A DNA stretch of 64,000 nt from Arenicellales bacterium (lineage in GTDB: Bacteria; Pseudomonadota; Gammaproteobacteria; Arenicellales; JAJDZL01), in the NCBI GenBank assembly GCA_963666625.1, contig OY762925.1, positions 2,373,792 through 2,437,791 on the forward strand. Direction: 5' to 3'. How positions within the stretch are numbered: the first letter of the stretch is position 1; each line of letters begins with the position of its first letter. The notes under the pieces are model-generated. The model searched no databases and was not told the DNA's origin. It saw only the letters and a program-made list of their open reading frames with translations. Of this stretch, positions 44,987 to 53,042 are shown piece by piece. The position numbers were made by a program, and so were the translations under genes.

Positions 44987-45319
44987 ATGACTTTAGAATT
45001 TAATGGCAGGATCTATCCGACAGACCCCGAAGGATTTTTACTCAGCCCCGAAGAGTGGTCTGAAGATCTGGCTCGAAAGATGGCAGAGGATGACGGATGT
45101 GAACTGGGCTCTGACCATTGGCAGGCGATCTACATATTGCGGGAATATTACTCGCAGTATGCAATCGCACCACCAATTCGTATATTGGTACGTCACATGG
45201 GAAAGAAACTGGGCAAGGAAAAAGCCAACAGCCCCTACCTTTATGAACTGTTTCCACATGGACCGGCGAAACAGGCGTGCCGCTATGCCGGATTGCCGAA
45301 ACCAACCGGTTGTATCTGA
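44987..45319 (+). CDS. dsrC: DsrC (two-cysteine type, TusE/DsrC family)
   Basis: 110 aa ending ...GPAKQACRYAGLPKPTGCI. The C-X10-C C-terminal arm is the DsrC hallmark. As I recall, E. coli TusE carries only the last Cys. Confidence 0.9.
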   Translation: MTLEFNGRIYPTDPEGFLLSPEEWSEDLARKMAEDDGCELGSDHWQAIYILREYYSQYAIAPPIRILVRHMGKKLGKEKANSPYLYELFPHGPAKQACRYAGLPKPTGCI

Positions 45320-45359
45320 TAATCTTTACAACAGACGAATCTGATGCCCTTGGCGGGGC

Positions 45360-46043
45360 ATGCAAGAAAAAATGAGTCTCTTTGTTGCCAGTGTCCTCTA
45401 TATTGCGGTGGCTGTTCTCACAATCGGTGTGATGTGGAAAGTCATCCAATACGCTCGTACCCCGGTACCGCACATGATCGCGGTGGCACCGGTTCCGAGA
45501 ACGAGATTGGGAGTATTGAACCGAATTGTACGGGAAACACTGTTTTTCGAAAGTCTGTTCCGGGCCAGCAAGTGGACCTGGTTCTTCGGCTGGATATTCC
45601 ACTACGCCCTGGTCGTTGTATTGTTGCGACATCTTTATTTTGTGACAGATCCGGTCCCAGCTTGGCTGGGAATGGTATTCGTTCCGTCGGACTACGCCGC
45701 GTGGCTTTTGGTTGCGAGCCTCGCTGGTTTGTTCGGAAGGCGGGTTGTGGTCAGTAGGGTTCGATACATATCCAGTCCATCAGATTATGCCATGCTGTTG
45801 CTGTTGCTGGTCATTGGTGCCAGCGGTCTGTTGCTTCGGTACGGAACGCATGTGAACATTGTTGCCGTTCGGGAATTCATGCTTGGATTGCTTGCACTGT
45901 CTCCTACAGATTTACCGGAAAACCTGACGCTCTATATTCATATCATCAGCGTGGTTGTGCTTGCTGTCGTCTTCCCATTCAGCAAACTCATTCATTTTCC
46001 TGGTTACTATTTCAGTCCAAGTCACAATCAACGCTACCGGTAA
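45360..46043 (+). CDS. dsrM: DsrM (NarI-like membrane dihaem cytochrome b subunit)
   Basis: 227 aa, ~5 TM helices with conserved His residues (FHYALVVVLLRH, IHFP). Positioned between dsrC and dsrK. Confidence 0.8.
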   Translation: MQEKMSLFVASVLYIAVAVLTIGVMWKVIQYARTPVPHMIAVAPVPRTRLGVLNRIVRETLFFESLFRASKWTWFFGWIFHYALVVVLLRHLYFVTDPVPAWLGMVFVPSDYAAWLLVASLAGLFGRRVVVSRVRYISSPSDYAMLLLLLVIGASGLLLRYGTHVNIVAVREFMLGLLALSPTDLPENLTLYIHIISVVVLAVVFPFSKLIHFPGYYFSPSHNQRYR

Positions 46044-46074
46044 ATGAGTAATTCAGCTGGTTCATTACCGAATC

Positions 46075-47514
46075 ATGAAAAAAATAGAATCACCCAAGAT
46101 CAAGGAAAGAGCCATGTCCCATGGCAAGCCATTTTTCGAATCAGGAAACGACCAAGGCAGCGAATTGGTTGAAGGTTGGAAAGATATTGCGATTGAGAAG
46201 CTCGGCGAAATGGCCGACTCGAACCGGGCCTTTCGCCTGTTTCTCGACAGTTGTGTCAAATGCGGTGCGTGTACAGACAAGTGCCATTATTTTCTCGGTA
46301 CCGGTGATCCGTTGAATATGCCGGTCGCGAGGCAGGATCTGATCCGAGGGGTTTATCGACGCTACCACACTTTACCCGGAAAATTGTTACCCCGTTTTGT
46401 GGGGGCGGTGGATTTGACTGAGGAGCTGATTGAGGACTGGAGTACCTATTATTATCAGTGTTCGGAGTGCCGTCGCTGCTCTGTTTTCTGTCCGTTTGGT
46501 ATTGATACGGCGGAAGTTACCATGGCTGGCCGATCAATACTCGAAGCAGTTGGTCTGAAGCAGAAATACATTCATACCATTATCAACAACGTCCACAAAA
46601 TCGGAAACAATCTGGGAATGGTCGGACCTGCGATCGCTGACACACTCGAGAGTTTGGAAGAGGAGTTGGAGGAAGACACCGGTGTCAACGTCAGATTTCC
46701 TCTGGATGAACCAAACGCTGAGGTTCTGCTGGTTGTGCCTTCCGCGGACCTGTATACCGAACCTCATGTTGACGGACTCATCGGCTGCGCAAAAATATTC
46801 CATCAGGCCGGAGTCAGGTGGACTATGGCGACCGACGCGTCAGAGGCCGCGAATTTTGGTTTATTTGTCGGCGATGACTCGCACATGCGCAATATCGCAG
46901 AGCGCATTTTGGCGACTGCTCTGAAACTAGGCGCAAGTCAGATCGTCATTGGAGAGTGTGGTCACGCATGGCGGGTCGCAAGCAGTTATTGGGGGAGTCT
47001 CTTCAAGGACGCAATGCCAGGCTACGAGCAGTTGCCTGATCCAATTCACGTATGTGAATACACACACGGTCTGATTACCGAGGGCAGGGTGCGCCTGGAC
47101 CGTTCAGTACATGACAACAAGGTCATTACCTTTCATGATTCGTGCAATGTGGCGCGAGGATCAAGGATGGGAGATCAGCCGCGCGATATCTATAGAATTC
47201 CGCGCGATCTATTGAAAGCCGCATGCACCAATTTCGTTGACATGGCTCCGGATACGATCTGCGAGAACACATTTTGTTGTGGTGGCGGCGGTGGGTTGCT
47301 GACCGATGAACTGATTGAGGTCCGGGTGAGTGGGGCATCTCCCCGAGTTCATGCGCTGGAACAGGTAATAGAGGAACACGGTGTCACTCACATGGCGGCA
47401 ATCTGCGCAATTTGTAAAAGTCAGTTCAGAGCGGTACTGCCTCACTATGGGCTGGGAACCGACATGATTGTCAGTGTTCACCAGATTCTGGGAGATGCAG
47501 TGGTTTTGAATTGA
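46075..47514 (+). CDS. dsrK: DsrK (HdrD-like Fe-S / CCG-domain subunit)
   Basis: 479 aa. Ferredoxin-type clusters CVKCGACTDKC and CSECRRCSVFCP, plus CCG-domain motifs (FHDSCN..., FCCGGGGG). Confidence 0.85.
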   Translation: MKKIESPKIKERAMSHGKPFFESGNDQGSELVEGWKDIAIEKLGEMADSNRAFRLFLDSCVKCGACTDKCHYFLGTGDPLNMPVARQDLIRGVYRRYHTLPGKLLPRFVGAVDLTEELIEDWSTYYYQCSECRRCSVFCPFGIDTAEVTMAGRSILEAVGLKQKYIHTIINNVHKIGNNLGMVGPAIADTLESLEEELEEDTGVNVRFPLDEPNAEVLLVVPSADLYTEPHVDGLIGCAKIFHQAGVRWTMATDASEAANFGLFVGDDSHMRNIAERILATALKLGASQIVIGECGHAWRVASSYWGSLFKDAMPGYEQLPDPIHVCEYTHGLITEGRVRLDRSVHDNKVITFHDSCNVARGSRMGDQPRDIYRIPRDLLKAACTNFVDMAPDTICENTFCCGGGGGLLTDELIEVRVSGASPRVHALEQVIEEHGVTHMAAICAICKSQFRAVLPHYGLGTDMIVSVHQILGDAVVLN

Positions 47515-47526
47515 ACCCTGAAACGA

Positions 47527-47895
47527 TCAGGTGTATTCCTTGCTGGAATGCCGTCTGGGATCAGTGCGCTTGACCACGCGGCCGAGAATATCCTTGTAAC
47601 CGATCACTACCGTGTCATTGCTTTCATTTGATGTAGTGGCGAACTGCAACACTCCATCAGAAATCTTCAGTTTCCCCAACTGAAGCTGGTCTGCAACCTG
47701 AGCAACCGCATAGTCGCCTTGCCGAACTGTCTGTTCCGGATCGATGACTATGATCGAACCGGCTTCAAATTCAGGTGCCATACTGTCGCCGACTACCCGG
47801 AGTACGAAGGGTTCTCTGGTTGTACACGCACTGCTCAATTGTCTATTATTAAAACCTCGGGTCGCTTCATACGTACAGTGTCGTAAGAGTTCCAT
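47527..47895 (-). CDS. S24 (LexA/UmuD-like) peptidase domain protein without a DNA-binding domain
   Basis: 122 aa. Ser nucleophile motif VVGDSMAPEF and Lys region GRVVKR. Only ~30 residues precede the catalytic domain, so there is no room for an HTH. Confidence 0.75.
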   Translation of the reverse strand: MELLRHCTYEATRGFNNRQLSSACTTREPFVLRVVGDSMAPEFEAGSIIVIDPEQTVRQGDYAVAQVADQLQLGKLKISDGVLQFATTSNESNDTVVIGYKDILGRVVKRTDPRRHSSKEYT

Positions 47896-48025
47896 ATATG
47901 CCTGTAGACTCTTTTGTACAGTCGGGCTATTTCAACGGAAAGACATGTTATCGCGCTCATACAATCGGAGCGGGAGGTGTTGACGGAGATTACCCGCAAG
48001 GAATCGTGCAAGGCACGGATGTTGG

Positions 48026-48856
48026 TCAATGCGCTTGCTGGTGTCCGCCCCCTTTATCTGTAACCAGTTGCAGATGTCGCGGCACCGCCCGTCGCACGAC
48101 ACCATTCGCTCCATGATCGCCGCAGGGACTGAACCCCATGGGCGGACGGGTCCACTCGAACACACCTTCGGACACATCAATCAGGTGAATGCCCGATTCC
48201 CACACAAGCTCACGCTGCTCCTTTTCGATCTCAACCACCGCAAGAATCGGATACACCTCCCTGGACTCGAACTTGGGCTTTTCAATGCGAAACATCCTGA
48301 CCAGTCGCCACACCTGATCCAGATGCTCGGGCTCAAACTTGCTCTTGACCTCCACCACATAGGCCGCACCGGAGCCGTTGCGGGCGACACCCCAGCCATC
48401 CAGCTGCAGACTTCTGCTCTCGTACGACTCCATGTAGTCGGCATCGAAATACTCGTCCAGTATCCGCCGGATGGAGGGTTCCGCAAGGGCTTCGGTGTGG
48501 CTTCCAAACTTGTTGTTGTGTCCGCCGATCTGCTTGCCGTGTTCCTCTGTTTTCACGGTCAGCTTCGCAATGTCTTTCCTGAGTTCTTTCCACTTCTTAT
48601 CGGACTTCTTACGCCTTTTGGCAGCACGCTTGTCGGACCGCTTTTGCCACTCTTCGAACTCCTTACGCATCTTTTCCGTTTCCGTACGCATTTCAGCGGC
48701 ACGCTGATTGATCCGCTCGGTCTCCTCACGTATCTTCTGAATCCTTTCCTCAGTCGTCATGTTTTCCGGTTCCGGCAATTTCGCCACCTCGAAATTCAGT
48801 TGATTTGCCCCTCGGCTATTTCCAGTCAAAAGCCTGATGACCGGCCCGGTCTCCAT
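48026..48856 (-). CDS. Coiled-coil protein with DUF3782-like segment and PD-(D/E)xK-like C-terminal domain
   Basis: 276 aa. Lys/Glu-rich coiled coil (EERIQKIREETERINQRAAEMRTETEKMRKEFEEWQK), then GGHNNKFGSHTEALAEPSIRRILDEYF and ...LDGWGV...AYVVEVKSK... (D...ExK). This layout resembles DUF3782-type proteins as I recall them. The segment is markedly GC-rich. Confidence 0.5.
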   Translation of the reverse strand: METGPVIRLLTGNSRGANQLNFEVAKLPEPENMTTEERIQKIREETERINQRAAEMRTETEKMRKEFEEWQKRSDKRAAKRRKKSDKKWKELRKDIAKLTVKTEEHGKQIGGHNNKFGSHTEALAEPSIRRILDEYFDADYMESYESRSLQLDGWGVARNGSGAAYVVEVKSKFEPEHLDQVWRLVRMFRIEKPKFESREVYPILAVVEIEKEQRELVWESGIHLIDVSEGVFEWTRPPMGFSPCGDHGANGVVRRAVPRHLQLVTDKGGGHQQAH

Positions 48857-49264
48857 GATACTACGATACGGCGAATTGATCCGGTAGGATTGACCACCAA
48901 CCGTCCGCCTGAACAGTGACCGGAATGCTCAATTCGATGTCCCTGTCGCCCGACAGGCAGAAGACTGCTTTGCGGACTCAGGACTGAAGCGATGAGGGAT
49001 GTCGGTCGGGATATCGCCGCCTGGCAGTCGGACCGGGATCGCCTGTCCGCAGCGACAGACCCGCGATTTACAACCGCTGGTGCGCGCTTCACGCTGTCGA
49101 ACCTTACGACACTAGTCGAATGACGATTCACTAGGAGCAAGAAAAATCTTTAGGATCAAGAGAATCAATTCCCAACAAAAAAGTTGAACTTCTAAATGGC
49201 ACTACGTCTTGCTATCAGAGCATTCGGACAAGAGAAGCGCAGTTCGATGTGAGAGTTGAGATTA

Positions 49265-50488
49265 TTACTCTGTCGCTCGATAGAGAATAGTTTTCAGGTA
49301 ATCGTCTGTCGATTCAAATACTGGTTTGCATCCGTTCTGTTTTTCCATAAGCGGAATTACTTTAGTCCGCACTCCCATACCTCTGGCATCGACATATTTA
49401 TAATCTTTCAATATATCGACAATGAGTACGTTTCGAGGGAATCTATAGCCAGCTATCATTTTCTCTACAGTCATTGAATTCTGCATGGCACCGGGACTGA
49501 TCACCTCAATACGATCGGAGTAGCAGGTTATTTCAATATCTATCGATCGTGTCCAGTCACGATGGGCGATTGCATTGACTAAGACTTCTCGAATCGCCTC
49601 AATAGGGTAGTACCACCGCTTTTCCCGCCTCATACTTTCATTTATGGTATCGCTCTCTTCCGAGATGAATGGTTTCAGCATTTTAATTGCACCCTCAATA
49701 ATGCCATCAGATGCAAATATTCGTTCATCACGAGTATCCATTTTCCATAGACCGACTAGTGGCATGTCCAGCTGTTCGTCTAATTTTGCTCGATAATCTT
49801 TGTCTTTTCCACCAAACACCATGAGTCGAATGCCTGCTTGCCTAAGGTATCTTCTCGGTCTATATCCGAACAGGAGTAAACCAGCGATAGTACACACCGG
49901 CTCATCACCAACTTCATCTGTGAGGAACCCTAAATTGAGAAGTCGAAGTGTCCAATCTTCAACAGAAGAAGGAACATCAGTATCTGCGATAACAAACTCC
50001 AAATAGTCCTCTATTCGTTGTAAATCCAAAGATTTGATAGACGTGCCAGACACTGGAAGCATTTCAGTATGAAGCATGCCACCCATTTGAAAGAGGCGGA
50101 CCTGCTGCTCTCGAGTTGCCAGTTTTGAAACACTGCCAACTCGTATGTAGATTTCCTCCCGGTCTCGGTGACGAAGCACATACGGCTTGGAAGTTCCTTG
50201 TGCAAAGGATAAAACTGCAACTCGACTATCGTCATTCACTTGTATTTCTTCATAAGATGGCAGAATGAGCGGGTGAATCTTTCGACCAACAACCGTATCC
50301 ATAACCCATTCTTGGAATCCCTTTCTTTTGATTCCTTGAATTTCGCCATCATCATCGACACCAAGGAGAATTTTTCCTCCCTGATGATTGACCATCGCGA
50401 CTATTTCTTTCGCCAACTGCTCTGGCCGTACATTGTCGCGTTTGAATTCCACTCTGGAACTCTCGTCATTGGCAATGATTTCGAGCAA
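49265..50488 (-). CDS. AlbA_2 (Schlafen-like divergent AAA) + HATPase_c_4-type domain protein (RecG-C-terminal-like putative regulator)
   Basis: 407 aa. N-terminus ESSRVEFKRDNVRPEQLAKEIVAMVNHQGGKILLGVDDDGEIQG is the AlbA_2 signature. C-terminus REVLVNAIAHRDWTRS..I.I..YSDRIEVISPG is HATPase_c_4-like. Confidence 0.75.
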   Translation of the reverse strand: MLEIIANDESSRVEFKRDNVRPEQLAKEIVAMVNHQGGKILLGVDDDGEIQGIKRKGFQEWVMDTVVGRKIHPLILPSYEEIQVNDDSRVAVLSFAQGTSKPYVLRHRDREEIYIRVGSVSKLATREQQVRLFQMGGMLHTEMLPVSGTSIKSLDLQRIEDYLEFVIADTDVPSSVEDWTLRLLNLGFLTDEVGDEPVCTIAGLLLFGYRPRRYLRQAGIRLMVFGGKDKDYRAKLDEQLDMPLVGLWKMDTRDERIFASDGIIEGAIKMLKPFISEESDTINESMRREKRWYYPIEAIREVLVNAIAHRDWTRSIDIEITCYSDRIEVISPGAMQNSMTVEKMIAGYRFPRNVLIVDILKDYKYVDARGMGVRTKVIPLMEKQNGCKPVFESTDDYLKTILYRATE

Positions 50489-50523
50489 TTCAGTCTTAAC
50501 CCGCTGAAGTTGAACGTCTGATT

Positions 50524-51672
50524 TTAATTGCGTTGCAAGTTCTCCAAACGCTCAATAAATCGCGGTTTATTTGCGTGTTTTCGCCGCATTTCATCCAGTC
50601 GTTCGAAAAAATATCCAGTCGTTCCGTGCTCATCGGCTAGTGTTTTCAAATCGAATAGCAATTGCGCCGCCGTATCGTAGCTTCTACCACTACGTATCGC
50701 GACCTCGTCATCTACCTCCTGCCATGCAAATTCACCTTTGCTCAGAACAGAATCCAGGCGTTTCCGACGCGCTTTTTCTTTCTCGATTCTTTGCTGCTCA
50801 CGCTCGACTGCCCGCTGATTCAGTTCAGCCATTTTTCGCTCTGCGCGAACTTCTTTCGTGCGGTCCCGTAAATCAGCTGCCGTTCGAAGCCGCCTGCTTG
50901 TCGATGTGGATTTTACCGATGCAAATTCACTGACGCGTCTGCGTAACTCCAAAGCAACATGAGGGTCTCCCTCGGCTAGACGGCAAAGCAACTTTGTTTT
51001 TTCAGCATTCGGTATGTCCTTGATCGCCGCTTGAGTAGTACCTTGCAAACTCTTGTCATCGAGATCGACGGCCGATTCTTCGGCGGCGGCTGTGACAAGG
51101 TCAGGATCGATTCGGAGAAAATCAGCGAGAGTCTTCAGCCCGGCATTTAACGGTCCAATGCCTGGCAGCGGTTCTTTAATTTCATTTCTGAGATCCCCTT
51201 GATCGACAGTCCAAAGCCAAGCAACGTATAAAGCCCGCAAATCCCCGGAAAGAATGTCTGACCTCAACGATGCCATACCACTGAGCCAGCCTGAACCTTC
51301 AACCCAGCCATCGTAATATTCGCTGTCTTCCGGACTGTCGTGAAAATCAAGAATCAAATTGTCACCTGCATCGACGACATCCAAAATTCCGAAGCCTCGC
51401 TGAAAGGGGGCAATCTGCGAACGATCAACCAGTCGTTTCGGTAGCCGGATCATCAGTCGCCGTGTTCCCCAGTTGGCCAGATACAGGTGCAAATCAAACC
51501 AGCGTTTCATGAATTCTTTCGGACTTCCTTTGAAGTCGCCAAAATGATACTCATTGACAAAGCTCGTACTGGTGATCTGCGCTCGACTTGACACTTTTCG
51601 AAGAGCCTTCATGTCTTGATCGCTAAGGGGTTTATCGATTGCTTGAAATTCGTAATATTGGTATTCGCTCAT
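50524..51672 (-). CDS. Hypothetical protein, conserved 'YYEFQAID' N-terminal domain + coiled coil (function unknown)
   Basis: Start taken at the ATG at 51672 (MSEYQYYEFQAIDKPLSDQDMKALRKVSSRAQITSTSFVNEYHFGDFKG...). A long charged coiled coil (RAERKMAELNQRAVEREQQRIEKEKARRKR) follows. Ends 35 nt upstream of the AlbA_2 gene on the same strand. Confidence 0.5.
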   Translation of the reverse strand: MSEYQYYEFQAIDKPLSDQDMKALRKVSSRAQITSTSFVNEYHFGDFKGSPKEFMKRWFDLHLYLANWGTRRLMIRLPKRLVDRSQIAPFQRGFGILDVVDAGDNLILDFHDSPEDSEYYDGWVEGSGWLSGMASLRSDILSGDLRALYVAWLWTVDQGDLRNEIKEPLPGIGPLNAGLKTLADFLRIDPDLVTAAAEESAVDLDDKSLQGTTQAAIKDIPNAEKTKLLCRLAEGDPHVALELRRRVSEFASVKSTSTSRRLRTAADLRDRTKEVRAERKMAELNQRAVEREQQRIEKEKARRKRLDSVLSKGEFAWQEVDDEVAIRSGRSYDTAAQLLFDLKTLADEHGTTGYFFERLDEMRRKHANKPRFIERLENLQRN

Positions 51673-52001
51673 GATTCGTTGATTCGACGAGTTTATTCGG
51701 AATTGGTGTCGGAGGTTCAGGTCACACCTGCTTTGCAACAGTCCGCATTTTAATGCCTTGTCTATGAGTAACCGTACGAATTTCAACAAAATTTCCAGCA
51801 GTCTTTGGTTCTGGCTCTGTTGGATCAGGTGTTGCTTTATCGGATTCAGTTACTTTCTGGAATCACTTATTTGCATACTCATTCTGTTCAGCAAGGGTTT
51901 TGAGAATTCGACATCATAATTTAATCCTCAGAAAAATAAAATACCTCACAATGAATTTGATATATCGTATTAACTTCAGGAATTAACCACTGGTAGATGA
52001 C

Positions 52002-53042
52002 GTGATTAGGAGCAATACAACTCATCGATCTGAGGCTGCAATTGCAGCCGTTCTCCCTCTTTCGGTTCAAATTGAGCGCGGCCGAGACCAAGGCTATGCT
52101 ATCGATCTCAAAATCAACGGACAGATGATCCGTGCCGAGTGGCTCGGTGAGGGCGGTTTGCGCCAAGCACGCGAGTTGATTGCGAAACCCACACAACATC
52201 CTGATGTCGCGGTGGCTCGCCGAATGTCGCCCGGCGCACGGGAAGCACTTTCAGTTGCAGGAGTTGGCTGGGTGGACGAAACCGGCGCGGCGGAGATAGT
52301 TCTTGAATCCTTGATCGTTTCCAAGAGCGGGCACCAAATCAAGAAACCGCAAAGACTGCCTCACTGGACACCCGCCGTGCTCGCAGTTGCAGAAGCCTTG
52401 CTCTGCGACGGACGGCCAACCGTCAGTGCTATGCAGGAGGTTACGAAGCTTTCCGCTGGAAGTGTCACAAATGCGTTGCGTACCCTCATGGATCTAGGTC
52501 TAATAAGTGCAGTAGCATATCGTGGACGTAACTCGGCACGCCGAATTGACGATAAAGACAGACTGTTGGACGCTTATGCGACCGCCGCCGCTGCAATGAT
52601 GCCAGAGCCCGCTCTTACTGTTGGCGTGACGTGGCGTGAACCAACAGAAATTTTAGCTGAAGTCGGCCAGCGGTGGGACAACGCAGGCATCACGTGGGCA
52701 GCCACCGGAATAGCGGCAGCATCTGTACTCGCTCCTTATCTCACAACAGTCAATTCCGGCGATGTTTATGTTGGCAGGAGGACAGTTGCCGAGCTTGAGG
52801 CGATTGCCGCGATCGCCGAGCTTAAACCGATCAACGACGGTCGCTTAACCTTGCGTCCGTTTCCCACTGTCACAGCACGGTTACTTTCCGTGGTGAAGAA
52901 TGGCCTGAGTTTCGCTCCATGGCCTCGTGTGTACGCCGACCTGCGTATTTCCGGCGTGCGAGGTGAAGAGGCAGCCGAACATCTTCGGGAAGTGATCAAT
53001 GATCTACCTTCCCGCTCCCGTACCGCGCGAGTGGCAGTGTAA
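52002..53042 (+). CDS. wHTH protein, possibly an AbiEi-type (type IV TA antitoxin-like) regulator
   Basis: 346 aa (GTG start in the track, true start uncertain). Central wHTH-like TVSAMQEVTKLSAGSVTNALRTLMDLGLI, followed by a ~180-aa C-terminal domain. GC-rich relative to its neighbours. The family call is tentative. Confidence 0.35.
   Translation: MIRSNTTHRSEAAIAAVLPLSVQIERGRDQGYAIDLKINGQMIRAEWLGEGGLRQARELIAKPTQHPDVAVARRMSPGAREALSVAGVGWVDETGAAEIVLESLIVSKSGHQIKKPQRLPHWTPAVLAVAEALLCDGRPTVSAMQEVTKLSAGSVTNALRTLMDLGLISAVAYRGRNSARRIDDKDRLLDAYATAAAAMMPEPALTVGVTWREPTEILAEVGQRWDNAGITWAATGIAAASVLAPYLTTVNSGDVYVGRRTVAELEAIAAIAELKPINDGRLTLRPFPTVTARLLSVVKNGLSFAPWPRVYADLRISGVRGEEAAEHLREVINDLPSRSRTARVAV

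Noticed and set aside
43858-45319. Interpreting the four small genes as housekeeping tusBCD-tusE (tRNA 2-thiouridine relay) only
   Set aside because: This is not fully excluded for E/F/H. However, the fourth protein has the two-Cys C-X10-C arm typical of DsrC, and it is directly followed by dsrM and dsrK, which have no role in the Tus relay.
48029-48919. 296-aa plus-strand ORF, the longest alternative reading across the GC-rich segment
   Set aside because: It is exactly antisense to the 276-aa ORF. Its composition is dominated by Leu/Arg/Pro/His with no motif, whereas the minus-strand product has a clean coiled coil plus a D...ExK domain. Long stop-free antisense frames are expected in GC-rich DNA.
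47527-51789. Integron gene-cassette array (four same-strand accessory genes)
   Set aside because: I could not find attC-like imperfect palindromes bounded by RYYYAAC/GTTRRRY cores in the intergenic gaps. No intI gene or attI is in the window.
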